This document shows, in pieces, positions 1 through 10,797 of a DNA stretch of 64,000 bases. Each line of letters begins with the position of its first letter. Position 1 is the stretch's first letter. Source of the DNA: an uncultured Rickettsiales bacterium (GTDB lineage: Bacteria > Pseudomonadota > Alphaproteobacteria > Rickettsiales > CAYLHV01). Location of the stretch: NCBI GenBank assembly GCA_964383745.1, contig CAYLHV010000005.1, positions 21,033 through 85,032 on the forward strand. The letters run 5' to 3'. Below the pieces are notes generated by a model that was not told where the DNA came from, searched no databases, and saw only the letters and a program-made list of their open reading frames with translations. The translations under genes were made by a program, and so were the position numbers.

Positions 1-995
1 CCATAAGAGAAAAATCTATATGATTTTTTGATTGCTTCATCATATAAATTTTTAATTTCCTCATAGCCGGAAAAAGCAGAGACCAGCATTAATAAGGTTG
101 ATTTTGGTAAATGGAAATTAGTCAAAAGTGAATCGACAATTTGAAATTTATGTCCCGGAATGATGAAAATGTTTGTTTCTCCTTGGAAAGCTTCAATTGA
201 ACCATTTGCTGCAGCGGCTTCTAAAATTCTCAGAGAAGTGGTGCCAACAGCAACAATTTTACCACCATTTCTTTTTGTCTCTCTGATTTTCTCTGCCACA
301 TTCTCTGAGATTTCACATTCTTCATAATGCATTTTATGCTCTAGGACATTTTCTGTCCTCACCGGTAAAAATGTGCCTCCACCGACATGCAGAGTCACAA
401 AATCATGTTTGATGTTTTTCTCAGCAAGATTTTCGAAAAGCTCTGTTGTGAAATGTAGGCCAGCTGTTGGAGCTGCAACAGAACCTTCTTTTTGAGCAAA
501 AATAGTTTGATAGGTTTGTTCGTGATTTAGATTTTCATTAAAGATGATGTAGGGTGGGAGCGGCATTTTACCATGTTTGGCAATTGCTTGGAAAAAATCT
601 TTCCCTCTTAAATTAAATTTGACAATGCATTCTCCAAATTCTTTTCTTTCCAAAATTTCTCCCCAAAAAACTTCGGAAATCATCAATTTCTCTGCAATGA
701 CCATTCTTTTTGAAGGTTTTGCGAAAAGACTCCAAACAGAGTCACCCAAATGTTTATGAAGATTAAAAGAAACATCATGCCCCAGAACTTTGCCATTTAA
801 TGCAGCGGGAATGACTTTGCTATTATTAAAAATGATCAGATCTTTTTCAGAGAAATGGTTCGGGAAGTCAATGATTTGCTGATGTTGGAAATTGCCACCA
901 TTTTCCACCAACATTTTTGCAGAATGTCTTGGGAAAACGGGGCAATGTGCAATCAACTCTTTAGGGAGCTCATATTCAAATTCAGACAGTTTCAT
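1..995 (-). CDS. queA: S-adenosylmethionine:tRNA ribosyltransferase-isomerase QueA; C-terminal end cut by the window edge
   Basis: Absent from the ORF track because no stop lies in the window. Reverse-strand reading from ATG at 995..993 gives MKLSEFEYELPKELIAHCP... and stays open to position 1, ending ...EIKNLYDEAIKKSYRFFSYG. Both ends match typical QueA termini. Confidence 0.85.
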   Translation of the reverse strand, partial: MKLSEFEYELPKELIAHCPVFPRHSAKMLVENGGNFQHQQIIDFPNHFSEKDLIIFNNSKVIPAALNGKVLGHDVSFNLHKHLGDSVWSLFAKPSKRMVIAEKLMISEVFWGEILERKEFGECIVKFNLRGKDFFQAIAKHGKMPLPPYIIFNENLNHEQTYQTIFAQKEGSVAAPTAGLHFTTELFENLAEKNIKHDFVTLHVGGGTFLPVRTENVLEHKMHYEECEISENVAEKIRETKRNGGKIVAVGTTSLRILEAAAANGSIEAFQGETNIFIIPGHKFQIVDSLLTNFHLPKSTLLMLVSAFSGYEEIKNLYDEAIKKSYRFFSY

Positions 996-1003
996 GAGAG
1001 TTT

Positions 1004-1567
1004 TTATTTTTTCTCTTCAGAAGCTAAAGTCATTTTGATGATGGAATCAGGTTTTCTGACTTTTCCATTGTCGTCATAGTCACCTTTCTTAATTTTATCA
1101 ACATGCTTCATTCCATCAATCACTTTTCCAAAAGCGCTATATTGGCCGTCTAAATGGCTAGCATTATCAAGCATGATGAAAAATTGGCTGTTTGCGCTGT
1201 TCGGGCTTTGTGAGCGTGCCATTGAAAGCACACCTCTTTCATGTTTCATGCTTGAAAATTCAGCATCTAGATTTGGTTTTGAAGAACCACCCATGCCTGT
1301 GCCAGTTGGGTCACCAGTTTGTGCCATGAATCCTTCAATCACCCTATGGAAAACAACGCCATTATAAAAACCTTCTCTGACCAGTTCTTTAATTCTCTCA
1401 ACATGCTTAGGAGCAATTTCTGGCATTAATTGAATGGTGACTCTTCCTGATTTTAAGTCGAGATATAAAATATTTTCTTGTGGCACTTCTGCATTTGCAA
1501 TGTTAGTCATTAATAAGCTCATTAAAATTAAGTTTAAAAATTGTTTGATTTTTTTTGAAATGTTCAT
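1004..1567 (-). CDS. Cyclophilin-type peptidyl-prolyl cis-trans isomerase with N-terminal signal-like segment (periplasmic type)
   Basis: 187 aa. Hydrophobic N-terminus ending ANA-EV. Cyclophilin motifs FHRVIEGFMAQTGDP and GVLSMARS..PNSANSQFFI. Confidence 0.85.
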   Translation of the reverse strand: MNISKKIKQFLNLILMSLLMTNIANAEVPQENILYLDLKSGRVTIQLMPEIAPKHVERIKELVREGFYNGVVFHRVIEGFMAQTGDPTGTGMGGSSKPNLDAEFSSMKHERGVLSMARSQSPNSANSQFFIMLDNASHLDGQYSAFGKVIDGMKHVDKIKKGDYDDNGKVRKPDSIIKMTLASEEKK

Positions 1568-1668
1568 TTGATCTTCCTTAAATTCTCAAAATTACCTAGC
1601 GACATCATAAATTAAATTTGAGATTAATTCAAGTCCTTAAATTAAAGAAAATAATAATGATGCTGGCT

Positions 1669-3783
1669 CTAATCCCCTTTTGCCTCATAGAATGCTTTCA
1701 CGAATTCAGATGAAGTGAGAAATTCTGGGAGTAAAATGCCACTTGGTGCGCCGGGGCCATAGATGACATTGAATGGAATGGCATATCTGCCGTGTGATTG
1801 CATGAATCTATTAACCTCAGAATTAGGATTTGTGATATCTGCTCTCATTGGGTAGACTTCATTTGATTTGAGATAGTCTCTGGTAAATTCTCTATCTAAC
1901 ACCAGGAATTTGTTGATTTTGCAATTGATGCACCATTCTGAGGTCACGTCAATCACCACAATTTTTCCTTCCTCAACTAATTTTGAAATTTTTTCTTCTT
2001 CAAACTCATGCCAAATTTTATCATTTTGGGCCTTTTCTTCTTGAGCAATTCGATGATAATTCGTGGGAAGAACATAGCTGAGTGAAATGCACATGATGAT
2101 CATGAATGATTTGAAAAAACCTTTTTTCTGGCTTAATGAAAATTTGAATAAAACTAACATTCCAAAAAGAATGAAAGCAGCTGTTTTGCCAATTTGATTT
2201 GAAATAATGAAAATCAACCAAATGACTGTCAAAATCAGTAAAATAGCGAGAAACTTTCTTAAACCATTCATCCATGCGCCAGGTTTTGGAAGCAAATTGG
2301 CTAAAATTGGGAAAATTGTGAAAAGCAAAAAAGGAATTGACATTCCAACACCCATGCAGAAAAAAACAAGCATAATTTCTTGATAGGACCTTGAAAGAGC
2401 AAATGTGATGGAGGTTCCAACAAAAGGAGCGCTGCAAGGTGTGGCCAGCAAAGTTGCTAAAACCCCGCTGAAAAAACTTCGCAAAATGTTGTTAGTTTCA
2501 TTTTTATTCTCAAATTTATAAAGTTTATTTGCAATTTTATTAGGCAGCTGAATTTCAAATTCCCCAAGTAGGTTGCTTGTGAAAAGCACCATGATTAAAA
2601 CCATGGTGATGATGAAAATTGGCTCTTGAAATTGAAATCCATAGTTAAATTCATTGCCTGAAAATTTCAAGAAAGCAGTAATTGCAGCAATTGACAAAAA
2701 TGAAAAAATAATTCCCAAAGCAGAGGCAAAAAATGAAATTCTAATTTGAGATTTTCTCATTGAAGAATGATTAATGAGTGTCAAAACTTTAATTGACAAA
2801 ACAGGCAAAACACAAGGCATGAAGTTTAAAATCAAACCACCTGTGATTGCAAGCAAGAGCGCATAAAATAAAGAATCGCTGGGGGTTTCTTTGCTGCTGT
2901 GACCTTTGACAGTTAATGTTTCTGAAAAACTAGCTGATTTTTGATATTTATCATAAAAAACATGCCCGGAAATCTTCACTTTCTGGTCATCATATAAATT
3001 TAAACCATGAGCATGGTGATCAAATTTCAATGTCATTCTGATGTTTTTGTCAGAGTCGAAACTAATTTCTGGCTTAGTAAGAATTGACGTTCCAGACACA
3101 TTTAAAGCCAAATCTAGCTCTTTAAGTTTTTCATAATCTGATTGAATTTTCAGAACAAAAACTACAACATTATTCTCAGTTTTAAAAAACTTGCTTTGAA
3201 TGATTTTAAAAGGTGATTCCTCAATTGGTCTGGGGAGGTTTTTTGAGATTTCCTCAAATTCCTTCATGAATTCTTGATTTTGAAAATTAGGGGCAAATTC
3301 AAAAATAACATTTTTTTCTCCAGCTGAACAGTGAGTGCCACAGATGGAATAATTGAAATTAAGATTAACTTTAGTCAATTTTGCTTCATCTTTCGGCAGA
3401 ATCATCATTGGGATTAAGATTTTCCCTTCATAAATAAAAGATGCAAGCTCTTCTTGGTCAAGTTGAAACATGGAAGAATGATTTTTTCTGCTTGGAGTCG
3501 GCCAAAGAAACTCAACTTCTTTGACATTTTCAGATTCATCAGCATCAAGTTTGAGTTGTGAGGGCAGGCCAACATCTTGCACTTCATTCCAGTAAATATA
3601 TGATTTCGGTTCGATTTCAACTTCAATTGCAGCAATTGTCCAATTTTTTCCATTTTTTAGAACAGATTGACCAATTTTCGGAGTGACGGTGAGTTCATGA
3701 GCGGGCGCAAATGCAAAACTAAAAATTGTAAAAATTGCTACTAATCCAGCTAGTTTCCAGATTTTCATTTCACCATCTGCCAA
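1669..3783 (-). CDS. dsbD: DsbD-family thiol:disulfide interchange / cytochrome c biogenesis membrane protein
   Basis: 704 aa. Signal-like N-terminus and a multi-pass core with cysteine motifs CVLPVLS and TPCSAPF. C-terminal thioredoxin-like WCINCK. The start may instead be the ATG at 3768. Confidence 0.75.
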   Translation of the reverse strand: MADGEMKIWKLAGLVAIFTIFSFAFAPAHELTVTPKIGQSVLKNGKNWTIAAIEVEIEPKSYIYWNEVQDVGLPSQLKLDADESENVKEVEFLWPTPSRKNHSSMFQLDQEELASFIYEGKILIPMMILPKDEAKLTKVNLNFNYSICGTHCSAGEKNVIFEFAPNFQNQEFMKEFEEISKNLPRPIEESPFKIIQSKFFKTENNVVVFVLKIQSDYEKLKELDLALNVSGTSILTKPEISFDSDKNIRMTLKFDHHAHGLNLYDDQKVKISGHVFYDKYQKSASFSETLTVKGHSSKETPSDSLFYALLLAITGGLILNFMPCVLPVLSIKVLTLINHSSMRKSQIRISFFASALGIIFSFLSIAAITAFLKFSGNEFNYGFQFQEPIFIITMVLIMVLFTSNLLGEFEIQLPNKIANKLYKFENKNETNNILRSFFSGVLATLLATPCSAPFVGTSITFALSRSYQEIMLVFFCMGVGMSIPFLLFTIFPILANLLPKPGAWMNGLRKFLAILLILTVIWLIFIISNQIGKTAAFILFGMLVLFKFSLSQKKGFFKSFMIIMCISLSYVLPTNYHRIAQEEKAQNDKIWHEFEEEKISKLVEEGKIVVIDVTSEWCINCKINKFLVLDREFTRDYLKSNEVYPMRADITNPNSEVNRFMQSHGRYAIPFNVIYGPGAPSGILLPEFLTSSEFVKAFYEAKGD

Positions 3784-3823
3784 TTAATTAAGTCTGCATT
3801 TAGTAATATTTTATATTATAATG

Positions 3824-5677
3824 TCACCTATTTAAATGCTTTTCCATCAAGCTCTTCCAGATTTTAGCGGGAATTTTGCCGCCTGTGACTTTTTTCATTG
3901 GCTCATTCCCATCATTTCCAAGCCAAACGGCAATGGTTAGGCCATTTGTGAAACCAACAAAATTTGCATCTTTATGATTTTGACTTGTTCCAGTTTTAGC
4001 AAAAATCTCATCTTCAAGGCCCGGAATTTGTGCTTCTTTTGCTGTGCCAAACTTGACAGCGGCATTTAACATTTTTTTCATTTCTGTAACAATTTCATCA
4101 TCCAGAACTTTATTTTGTTCAATCTCAGCTTTATGGATTAAGCGCCCATTTTGCTTTTTAATTTGATAGAATGGAAATGGCGTTACGTGATATCCTCCAT
4201 TTTCAACAGCAGCATAAGCCCCTGCAAGTTGTGAGAGAGTGACATTCGAGACACCAAGGACAATGCTTGGATAGTTATTAATCTCCGTTTGAATTCCAAG
4301 TCTTTTTGCAAGATTGACAACATTAGAAATGCCAATTTTCTCAGCAATTTTAACAGTCACAACATTAATGGATCTGGCAAAACTTTCTTCCATTGTTAAA
4401 GGGCCATGAAATTTCCGATCATAATTTTGAGGGGACCATTTTTTTCCAGCATCAGTAATGGTGATTGGCTCATCTTCAAAAATTGCATCTCTTTTAATCC
4501 CAGCTTCAAGCGCCGCTAAATATACGAAAAGCTTAAAAGTTGAGCCAGGCTGTCTTTGAGCATATAATGCGCGATTATATGGGCTTTCTTGATATTTACG
4601 TCCACCAACCATTGCTTTAACAGCCCCTTTGCTGTCAATGGCAATGATGGCGCCTTGATTGACATTTAAATGAGAATTTTCATCAATGAATTTATTCAAA
4701 ATATTTTGCGCATTTTTTTGTAAATCTAAATCTAAAGTGCTTTGCACAATAATGTCCCCTTCGAAAGCAACATCATCTTTAATTTTATTCAAAATCCAAT
4801 CTGTAAAATAAAAATTATCACGGTCAATGATGGTTTGGTCAATAATCACATTTTCATTTTGTGCAAAATCAAATTGTTGATAGTTAATGAAGCCATATTC
4901 ATACATTTTCTCAAGCACCCTGAAACCTCTTGAAGCTGAGGCTTCCTCATTTTTGCTTGGCGAAAGATTTGCAGGTGACCTAATTAAACCTGCAAGAATT
5001 GCACTTTGAGAAATGCTAATATTTTGCACATTTTGAGAAAAATAGAATTTTGAGGCTGCTCCCACGCCATAAACCCCAGGACCTAAATATATTCTATTTA
5101 AATATAATTCTAAAATTTGATCTTTTGTGAATTTCCGCTCAACATTCAGTGCAATGATGAATTCTTGAAATTTTCTCTTAAAGGTTTTCTTATGGGAAAG
5201 AAGAGAGATTTTGACAAGTTGTTGAGTGATGGTGCTGCCTCCTTGCATGATTTTTCCCGAAAGCAAATTAGCAAAACTTGCTCTGAGAAGCCCAATGAAA
5301 TCAATGCCGAAATGCTCATAAAATCTGTGATCTTCAGCAGCCAAAACAGCATTTTTCAAATGATTAGGAATGTCTTTGAGCTCTATGAATTTTGCACTTC
5401 CTTGATGATTAGGCGACAAATCAGCAATTAACCTGCCTTTTTCATCAAGAATGGTGATTTCTGGTTGCTTCTCATTGATGAGATCATCAGCAGATGGAAT
5501 GTCATAGCTGAAGTAAATCAAAGTCAGAAAGCAAAAAGAAAATCCCCAAATTAAGCTCAGAAAAAGAGTTTTCCTCAAAAGATTCTTTTTCCCAACAGCT
5601 TTTTTCTTACGCGCCTTGGGTGTTTTTTTCTTGTCTTGAGATTTTTTATTGATTTTATTCTTATTATTCATTATCAT
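3824..5677 (-). CDS. mrcA: Class A penicillin-binding protein (bifunctional glycosyltransferase/transpeptidase)
   Basis: 617 aa. Lys-rich N-terminus plus a TM anchor. GT51 motifs EDHRFYEHFGID and GGSTITQQL. Transpeptidase motifs STFK, SIN and KTGTS. Confidence 0.85.
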   Translation of the reverse strand: MIMNNKNKINKKSQDKKKTPKARKKKAVGKKNLLRKTLFLSLIWGFSFCFLTLIYFSYDIPSADDLINEKQPEITILDEKGRLIADLSPNHQGSAKFIELKDIPNHLKNAVLAAEDHRFYEHFGIDFIGLLRASFANLLSGKIMQGGSTITQQLVKISLLSHKKTFKRKFQEFIIALNVERKFTKDQILELYLNRIYLGPGVYGVGAASKFYFSQNVQNISISQSAILAGLIRSPANLSPSKNEEASASRGFRVLEKMYEYGFINYQQFDFAQNENVIIDQTIIDRDNFYFTDWILNKIKDDVAFEGDIIVQSTLDLDLQKNAQNILNKFIDENSHLNVNQGAIIAIDSKGAVKAMVGGRKYQESPYNRALYAQRQPGSTFKLFVYLAALEAGIKRDAIFEDEPITITDAGKKWSPQNYDRKFHGPLTMEESFARSINVVTVKIAEKIGISNVVNLAKRLGIQTEINNYPSIVLGVSNVTLSQLAGAYAAVENGGYHVTPFPFYQIKKQNGRLIHKAEIEQNKVLDDEIVTEMKKMLNAAVKFGTAKEAQIPGLEDEIFAKTGTSQNHKDANFVGFTNGLTIAVWLGNDGNEPMKKVTGGKIPAKIWKSLMEKHLNR

Positions 5678-5720
5678 CTGTCACAGATTTCTGTCATCAA
5701 CATTTAAGGGTTTAAATAAG

Positions 5721-6050
5721 TTGGAAAATTTTAAACAAACAGAGTTTGATCAAAAAGCAACACAGGAAATTGATTATATTGCAAATTTAATCGAAACACA
5801 AGATAAAGATTTTCAAATAGACGTCGATTTTGCAGGTGACGTTCTTCATTTGGACACAGAATTTGGCGAATATGTCATTAATAAACACAGAGTCATGCAG
5901 CAAATTTGGCTCTCTTCCCCAGTCAGCGGTCCCCATCATTTCAGTTTTGTCGAAGGAAAGCAACTTTGGTTTTCATCTAAAGGATTTGAGCTTCGAAAAA
6001 TTATTTGTGCTGAACTTTCCGAAAAAACTAATTGTGAATTTAAAGTTTGA
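5721..6050 (+). CDS. cyaY: Frataxin-like iron donor CyaY
   Basis: Core INKHRVMQQIWLSSPVSGPHHFSF matches the CyaY/frataxin signature. The ORF track starts at 5649 and overlaps the PBP start. An in-frame TTG at 5721, preceded by AAGGG, gives a typical ~110-aa protein. The start is uncertain. Confidence 0.75.
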   Translation: MENFKQTEFDQKATQEIDYIANLIETQDKDFQIDVDFAGDVLHLDTEFGEYVINKHRVMQQIWLSSPVSGPHHFSFVEGKQLWFSSKGFELRKIICAELSEKTNCEFKV

Positions 6051-7789
6051 ACATGCAGAAAAAACCGTCAAAACTCCTATTATCCTATCTTTCCCCTTTT
6101 AAATGGCAACTTTTTGGTGTTTTTGTTGCATTAATTTTCAGCTCTTCGTCAGTTTTGCTGCTTGGGAAAGGTCTTGAATTTCTTGTAGATCGAGGCTTTG
6201 GTGAAGGAAATTCTGCCATTCTAGATGAGGCCTTATTTTTCCTTTTTTTAATCATCTTCTGTCTTGCAATTGCAAGTTTTGTGCGCTCTTCTTTGATTTA
6301 CATATTATGCGAGAAATTAATAAAAAATTTGAGAAATGATTTATATATCAAAATGATTAATCTCTCTGCAGAATTTTATGAAACTCAGAAAATCACCGAC
6401 CTTTTTTCAAGACTCTCCAACGACACAACAATGTTAACCTCGCTGATCCCAAATGTGACATCAGTTTTTTTGCGGCACATAATCACTCTGATTGGCGCAT
6501 TTTCTCTTTTAATTTTCACAAGTGCCAAATTAACTTTCTATGTGTTGCTAATCATCCCAATTGCCATCATACCCATCATTTTAATTGGAAGAAAGTTGAA
6601 AAAATTTGCAGGTGAATCGCAAGAGCAAATTTCTAAAGTTGGGGAAAGAATTGAGGAAAGCCTTGGAAACATTAAAATTGTTCAGGCCTATAATCAGCAA
6701 ATGCATGAAATTGAGAATTTTTCAAATGTTGCTGAAGATGCTTTCCTGGCCTCTAGAAAAAGGATTTTTACAAGGTCATTTCTGGCCGCTTTAGTCATTT
6801 GTCTGGTTTTCTCATCAATTGCTTTTGTTTTGTGGGTTGGCGGAAAAGATGTGATTTCTGGCAAAATGAGCGCTGGTTCCCTTTCGTCATTCATTTTCTA
6901 TGCAATTTTACTTGCTGGAAGTGTTGCGTCATTAACGGAAATTTTTGGTGATTTGCAAAGGGTTTTTGCTTCATCTGACAGGCTAGCCGAGCTTTTTGAA
7001 ATTAAACCGCAAGTGCAAAATGCAGAAAATGCAATTTCTCTTAAGCCTCAGGAAAAAATAGAAATTGAATTTAAGGAGTGTAATTTTGCCTATCCTGCAA
7101 GAAAGGATAAAAATGTTTTAGAAAATTTCTCTTTAAAAATTTCTTCCGGTGAAAAAGTTGCAATTGTGGGAGCTTCAGGTTCTGGAAAAACCACCATCAT
7201 GCAGTTGCTTTTGAGATTTTATGACGTGCAAAATGGAGAAATTTTGATTAATAATGTAAACATCAAAAACCTCACTCTAGAGAGTCTGAGGGCTCAAATG
7301 GCCATTGTTTTTCAAGATCCAGTGATTTTCTCGGGTACGGTATATGATAACATCATATATGGTAATTTAAACGCCTCGCGCCAAGAAGTGGAGCAAGCAG
7401 CGTCAGATGCCAGAATCTCTGACTTCATTGAAGATTTGCCGCAAAAATATGAAACTTTCGTTGGAGAAAAAGGAATCAGACTTTCTGGCGGGCAAAAGCA
7501 AAGAATCATCATTGCGAGAGCCATTTTGAAAAATGCTCCAATTTTGCTTCTCGATGAAGCAACAAGCGCACTTGACAGCGTGAATGAAGCAAAAGTCCAA
7601 GAGGCTCTTGAAAGACTCATGCAAAATAAAACCAGCATAATCATTGCCCACAGACTTTCAACAATTGAAAATGCTGATAAAATCATTGTCATTGAAAATG
7701 GAAAAATTTTGCAAACAGGAAAAGCTGCTGATCTAATGTCACAAAATGGCCCATATTTAGATTTTGCTAAAAAACAAACTCAGAATTAG
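6047..7789 (+). CDS. ABC exporter, fused permease/ATPase (MsbA/Atm1-like half transporter)
   Basis: 580 aa. N-terminal six-helix exporter domain. Walker A GASGSGKTT, signature LSGGQKQR, Walker B ILLLDEATS. The start overlaps the cyaY stop by 4 nt. Confidence 0.85.
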   Translation: MNMQKKPSKLLLSYLSPFKWQLFGVFVALIFSSSSVLLLGKGLEFLVDRGFGEGNSAILDEALFFLFLIIFCLAIASFVRSSLIYILCEKLIKNLRNDLYIKMINLSAEFYETQKITDLFSRLSNDTTMLTSLIPNVTSVFLRHIITLIGAFSLLIFTSAKLTFYVLLIIPIAIIPIILIGRKLKKFAGESQEQISKVGERIEESLGNIKIVQAYNQQMHEIENFSNVAEDAFLASRKRIFTRSFLAALVICLVFSSIAFVLWVGGKDVISGKMSAGSLSSFIFYAILLAGSVASLTEIFGDLQRVFASSDRLAELFEIKPQVQNAENAISLKPQEKIEIEFKECNFAYPARKDKNVLENFSLKISSGEKVAIVGASGSGKTTIMQLLLRFYDVQNGEILINNVNIKNLTLESLRAQMAIVFQDPVIFSGTVYDNIIYGNLNASRQEVEQAASDARISDFIEDLPQKYETFVGEKGIRLSGGQKQRIIIARAILKNAPILLLDEATSALDSVNEAKVQEALERLMQNKTSIIIAHRLSTIENADKIIVIENGKILQTGKAADLMSQNGPYLDFAKKQTQN

Positions 7790-7868
7790 CTGTAAAAGCT
7801 TTTTTATATATGATAAAATGTAAGTTTCAAGGCACATATTTCAAGCAACCTAAAAAGAGGAAAAGTTA

Positions 7869-8462
7869 ATGCCCAGCAATAAAGATAAAAAACCGAAACA
7901 AGAAGAAAAATCAGCTTTAGTTGAGAAGGCAGTTTTCGAATCAAGGTCAATTTTCATTTTTGGTGAAGTGAACATGGAGCTTGCGCAAAGAGTCACAGTG
8001 AATTTAGTTGCACTCTCTCAAGTCAGCAAAGACCCCATCAAAATCTACATTAACTCACCAGGCGGGCATGTGGAGTCAGGTGACACAATCCACGACATGA
8101 TCAAATTCATTGATTGTCCGGTCATTGTCATTGGCACTGGTTGGGTTGCGAGTGCAGGAGCTTTGATTTTTGTGGCTGCTGAGAAGAAAAACAGATTTTG
8201 TCTTCCAAACACCAGATTTTTGCTTCATCAGCCAAGCGGTGGCACACAAGGTCCTGCAACAGATGTTGAGATTCAAGCTAAAGAAATCATTAAAATGAAA
8301 GAAAGGTTAAATAAGATTTTTGCAAAAGAAACTGGCACGCCCATCGAAAAAGTCCGTCAAGACACTGAAAGGGACTATTGGCTCTCAGCAACAGAAGCAA
8401 AGGCTTATGGCTTAGTGTCAAAAATTGTGCATGATAAAAAAGAAATTGATAATTTGAAGTGA
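7869..8462 (+). CDS. clpP: ATP-dependent Clp protease proteolytic subunit
   Basis: 197 aa. Motifs [22 protein letters not shown] (catalytic Ser context), LHQPSGG. Confidence 0.9.
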   Translation: MPSNKDKKPKQEEKSALVEKAVFESRSIFIFGEVNMELAQRVTVNLVALSQVSKDPIKIYINSPGGHVESGDTIHDMIKFIDCPVIVIGTGWVASAGALIFVAAEKKNRFCLPNTRFLLHQPSGGTQGPATDVEIQAKEIIKMKERLNKIFAKETGTPIEKVRQDTERDYWLSATEAKAYGLVSKIVHDKKEIDNLK

Positions 8463-8486
8463 AAAGGATGCTTCCAAAAATAATTC

Positions 8487-10694
8487 ATGCAAAAAACATA
8501 TAAAATCCTACTTCCAATTTCCATAGAAAATCACGGTTTCTTGGAGCAAAATTCCATTTTTGATTATCTTGCTCCAGAAGGAATCAAAGAGATTAAAATT
8601 GGTCAATTTGTTTTAGTGCCTTTCAGAAATAAGCAAATTTTAGGTGTTGTAACAGCCACATGTCAATCAGATGAAAAGCTTCCCTATGTTTTGCGCAGAA
8701 TCATAAAAATTTTTGATGATTCATTTTCTCAGCATGATCTCGAATTTCTCGAATGGATTGCAAAATATTATCTACAAAGCCTGGGAATGGTTGCCAAAAT
8801 GGCTTTACCTGATGTCTCCTATTTAGAAAAAAAGACAGAAAATATATATCAAATCATTGCTCCTGAGTTTGCCAAATCTGCAGGGCAAAAGAAAATCATT
8901 GAAACTTTATCTGAAAATGAAATGTTGCCAAAAGAAATTCTGCTGTCTGAATCAAAAGTGGCAAATTCAGTTTTAAGCAACATGGTCAAAAGAGGCATTT
9001 TGAATGAAATTTCAGTTGAACAATTTTCCGATGAAGAGCCACAAAAATTCAATTTCAAAACATCCAGATTGTCAGAAGAGCAAAAAAAAGCTGCAAATTT
9101 CTTGAAAGAAAAATGCCTGCAAAATAAAGAATCCACAACGCTTTTAAATGGAGTGACTGGCTCGGGGAAAACTGAGGTATATTTTGAGGTGATTAAACAT
9201 ATTTTGCAAAATGACCCAGATGCGCAAATCTTAATCATGTTGCCTGAAATCATTCTGACCAGCCAAGCTGAGCAAAGATTTACATCATATTTTGGTGTTC
9301 CACCAATCAAATGGCATTCAGATTTGTCAAAAAAAGAGAAAAGAAAAAATTGGCAAAGCATTTCGGAAAATCTTTCAAAAATTGTGATTTCCACAAGAAG
9401 CGGTCTGTTTCTGCCATTTAAAAATCTGAAATTAATCATAGTTGATGAAGAGCATGATTTTTCATATAAGCAAGAAGACCAAGTGAATTATCATGGGCGT
9501 GATATGGCAATTTTGAAAGCCCATTTACTCAAAATTCCGGTCATTCTAGCGTCGGCCACACCGTCTCTAGAAACGATCATGAATGTGAAGCAGAAAAAAT
9601 ATGAAGAGGTGATTTTAAAATCGCGCTATAAAGAAATCCAAATGCCGCAAATCATCATGATTGACAACAGGAATCTGGGGAAAGCAAAAAATTCCTATTC
9701 TTGGCTGTCACCAGTTTTTAAGAAAATGATGCTTGAAATTTTGTCGCAAGATCAACAAATCATGATTTTTCTTAACAGAAGGGGCTATGCTCCTCTGACA
9801 ATTTGTAATTCATGCGGCTTTCGCTATATGTGCCCAAATTGTTCTGCTTGGTTGGTGGAGCATAAAAATGTTGGTAAAATGTTATGTCATCATTGTGATT
9901 TTTCAAGCATCAAAGAAGAAAAATGTTCCAAATGTGACGCTGAAGATTCTTTCATTTCATGTGGTCCTGGGGTTGAGAGAATTAATGAAGAGGTGGTTAA
10001 TTTTCTTAAAGAGCAAAATCTTTCTGCAGAAATTGTGCTTTTAACAAAAGACAGCACGCCAAATGTGCAAGAAAGTGCAAAATTAATTAATAAAATCATC
10101 AGAAATGAAGTAAAAATAATCATTGGAACTCAAATTATTGCGAAAGGTCATGACTTCCCTAATTTAAAGCTTGTGGGGGTGGTTGATGCTGATTTGGGGC
10201 TGAATGGTGGAGATTTAAGGGCATCAGAAAAAACATATCAGCTTCTAAGCCAGGTCAGTGGAAGGCCAGGACGTCACGGAGAACAGGGCAGGGTGGTGTT
10301 GCAGAGTTTTAATCCTGAGAATCCAGTGATGAAAGCGTTAAGTTCAGGTCAGCAAAATGATTTCATTGAGGCCGAAATTAATGCAAGAAAAAGCTCAAAA
10401 ATGCCGCCTTTTGGTTCCTTGGCATCAATTGTCATTTCGTCAATTAATGAGGCAGAGTTGGTTGATTTTGCAAAATATTTAGTCAAGAAAGCGCCATTGG
10501 TTAAGGATATTGAAATTTTTGGCCCAGCACCGGCAATCATCTTCAAACTCAGAAACCGCCTTCGCTATAGAATTCTTGTTAAATCTCATAAAAAATCAAA
10601 TTTGCAACCATATTTAAAAAAATGGTTTGCTCAAATTAAGTTGCCCAAAAACATCCGCATGAAGCTGGACATTGACCCATATAGCTTCATGTGA
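8487..10694 (+). CDS. priA: Primosomal replication restart helicase PriA
   Basis: 735 aa. Walker A GVTGSGKTE, DEEH box (IVDEEHD), Cys-rich zinc-binding insert (CNSCG..CPNCS..CHHC..CSKC), C-terminal helicase motifs. Confidence 0.9.
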   Translation: MQKTYKILLPISIENHGFLEQNSIFDYLAPEGIKEIKIGQFVLVPFRNKQILGVVTATCQSDEKLPYVLRRIIKIFDDSFSQHDLEFLEWIAKYYLQSLGMVAKMALPDVSYLEKKTENIYQIIAPEFAKSAGQKKIIETLSENEMLPKEILLSESKVANSVLSNMVKRGILNEISVEQFSDEEPQKFNFKTSRLSEEQKKAANFLKEKCLQNKESTTLLNGVTGSGKTEVYFEVIKHILQNDPDAQILIMLPEIILTSQAEQRFTSYFGVPPIKWHSDLSKKEKRKNWQSISENLSKIVISTRSGLFLPFKNLKLIIVDEEHDFSYKQEDQVNYHGRDMAILKAHLLKIPVILASATPSLETIMNVKQKKYEEVILKSRYKEIQMPQIIMIDNRNLGKAKNSYSWLSPVFKKMMLEILSQDQQIMIFLNRRGYAPLTICNSCGFRYMCPNCSAWLVEHKNVGKMLCHHCDFSSIKEEKCSKCDAEDSFISCGPGVERINEEVVNFLKEQNLSAEIVLLTKDSTPNVQESAKLINKIIRNEVKIIIGTQIIAKGHDFPNLKLVGVVDADLGLNGGDLRASEKTYQLLSQVSGRPGRHGEQGRVVLQSFNPENPVMKALSSGQQNDFIEAEINARKSSKMPPFGSLASIVISSINEAELVDFAKYLVKKAPLVKDIEIFGPAPAIIFKLRNRLRYRILVKSHKKSNLQPYLKKWFAQIKLPKNIRMKLDIDPYSFM

Positions 10695-10797
10695 TGAAAA
10701 AAATGTCGAATTTTTGAAAATAGCTCTAGACAAACTAAATTTATTCAGCTATGCTTCAGCAAGAATCATGTTTTTTGTCTTACTTTGGACATTATTC

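Noticed and set aside
577-1079. Plus-strand ORFs 577-759 and 855-1079.
   Set aside because: They are antisense to the queA coding sequence, which reads through this region on the minus strand with clear QueA motifs.
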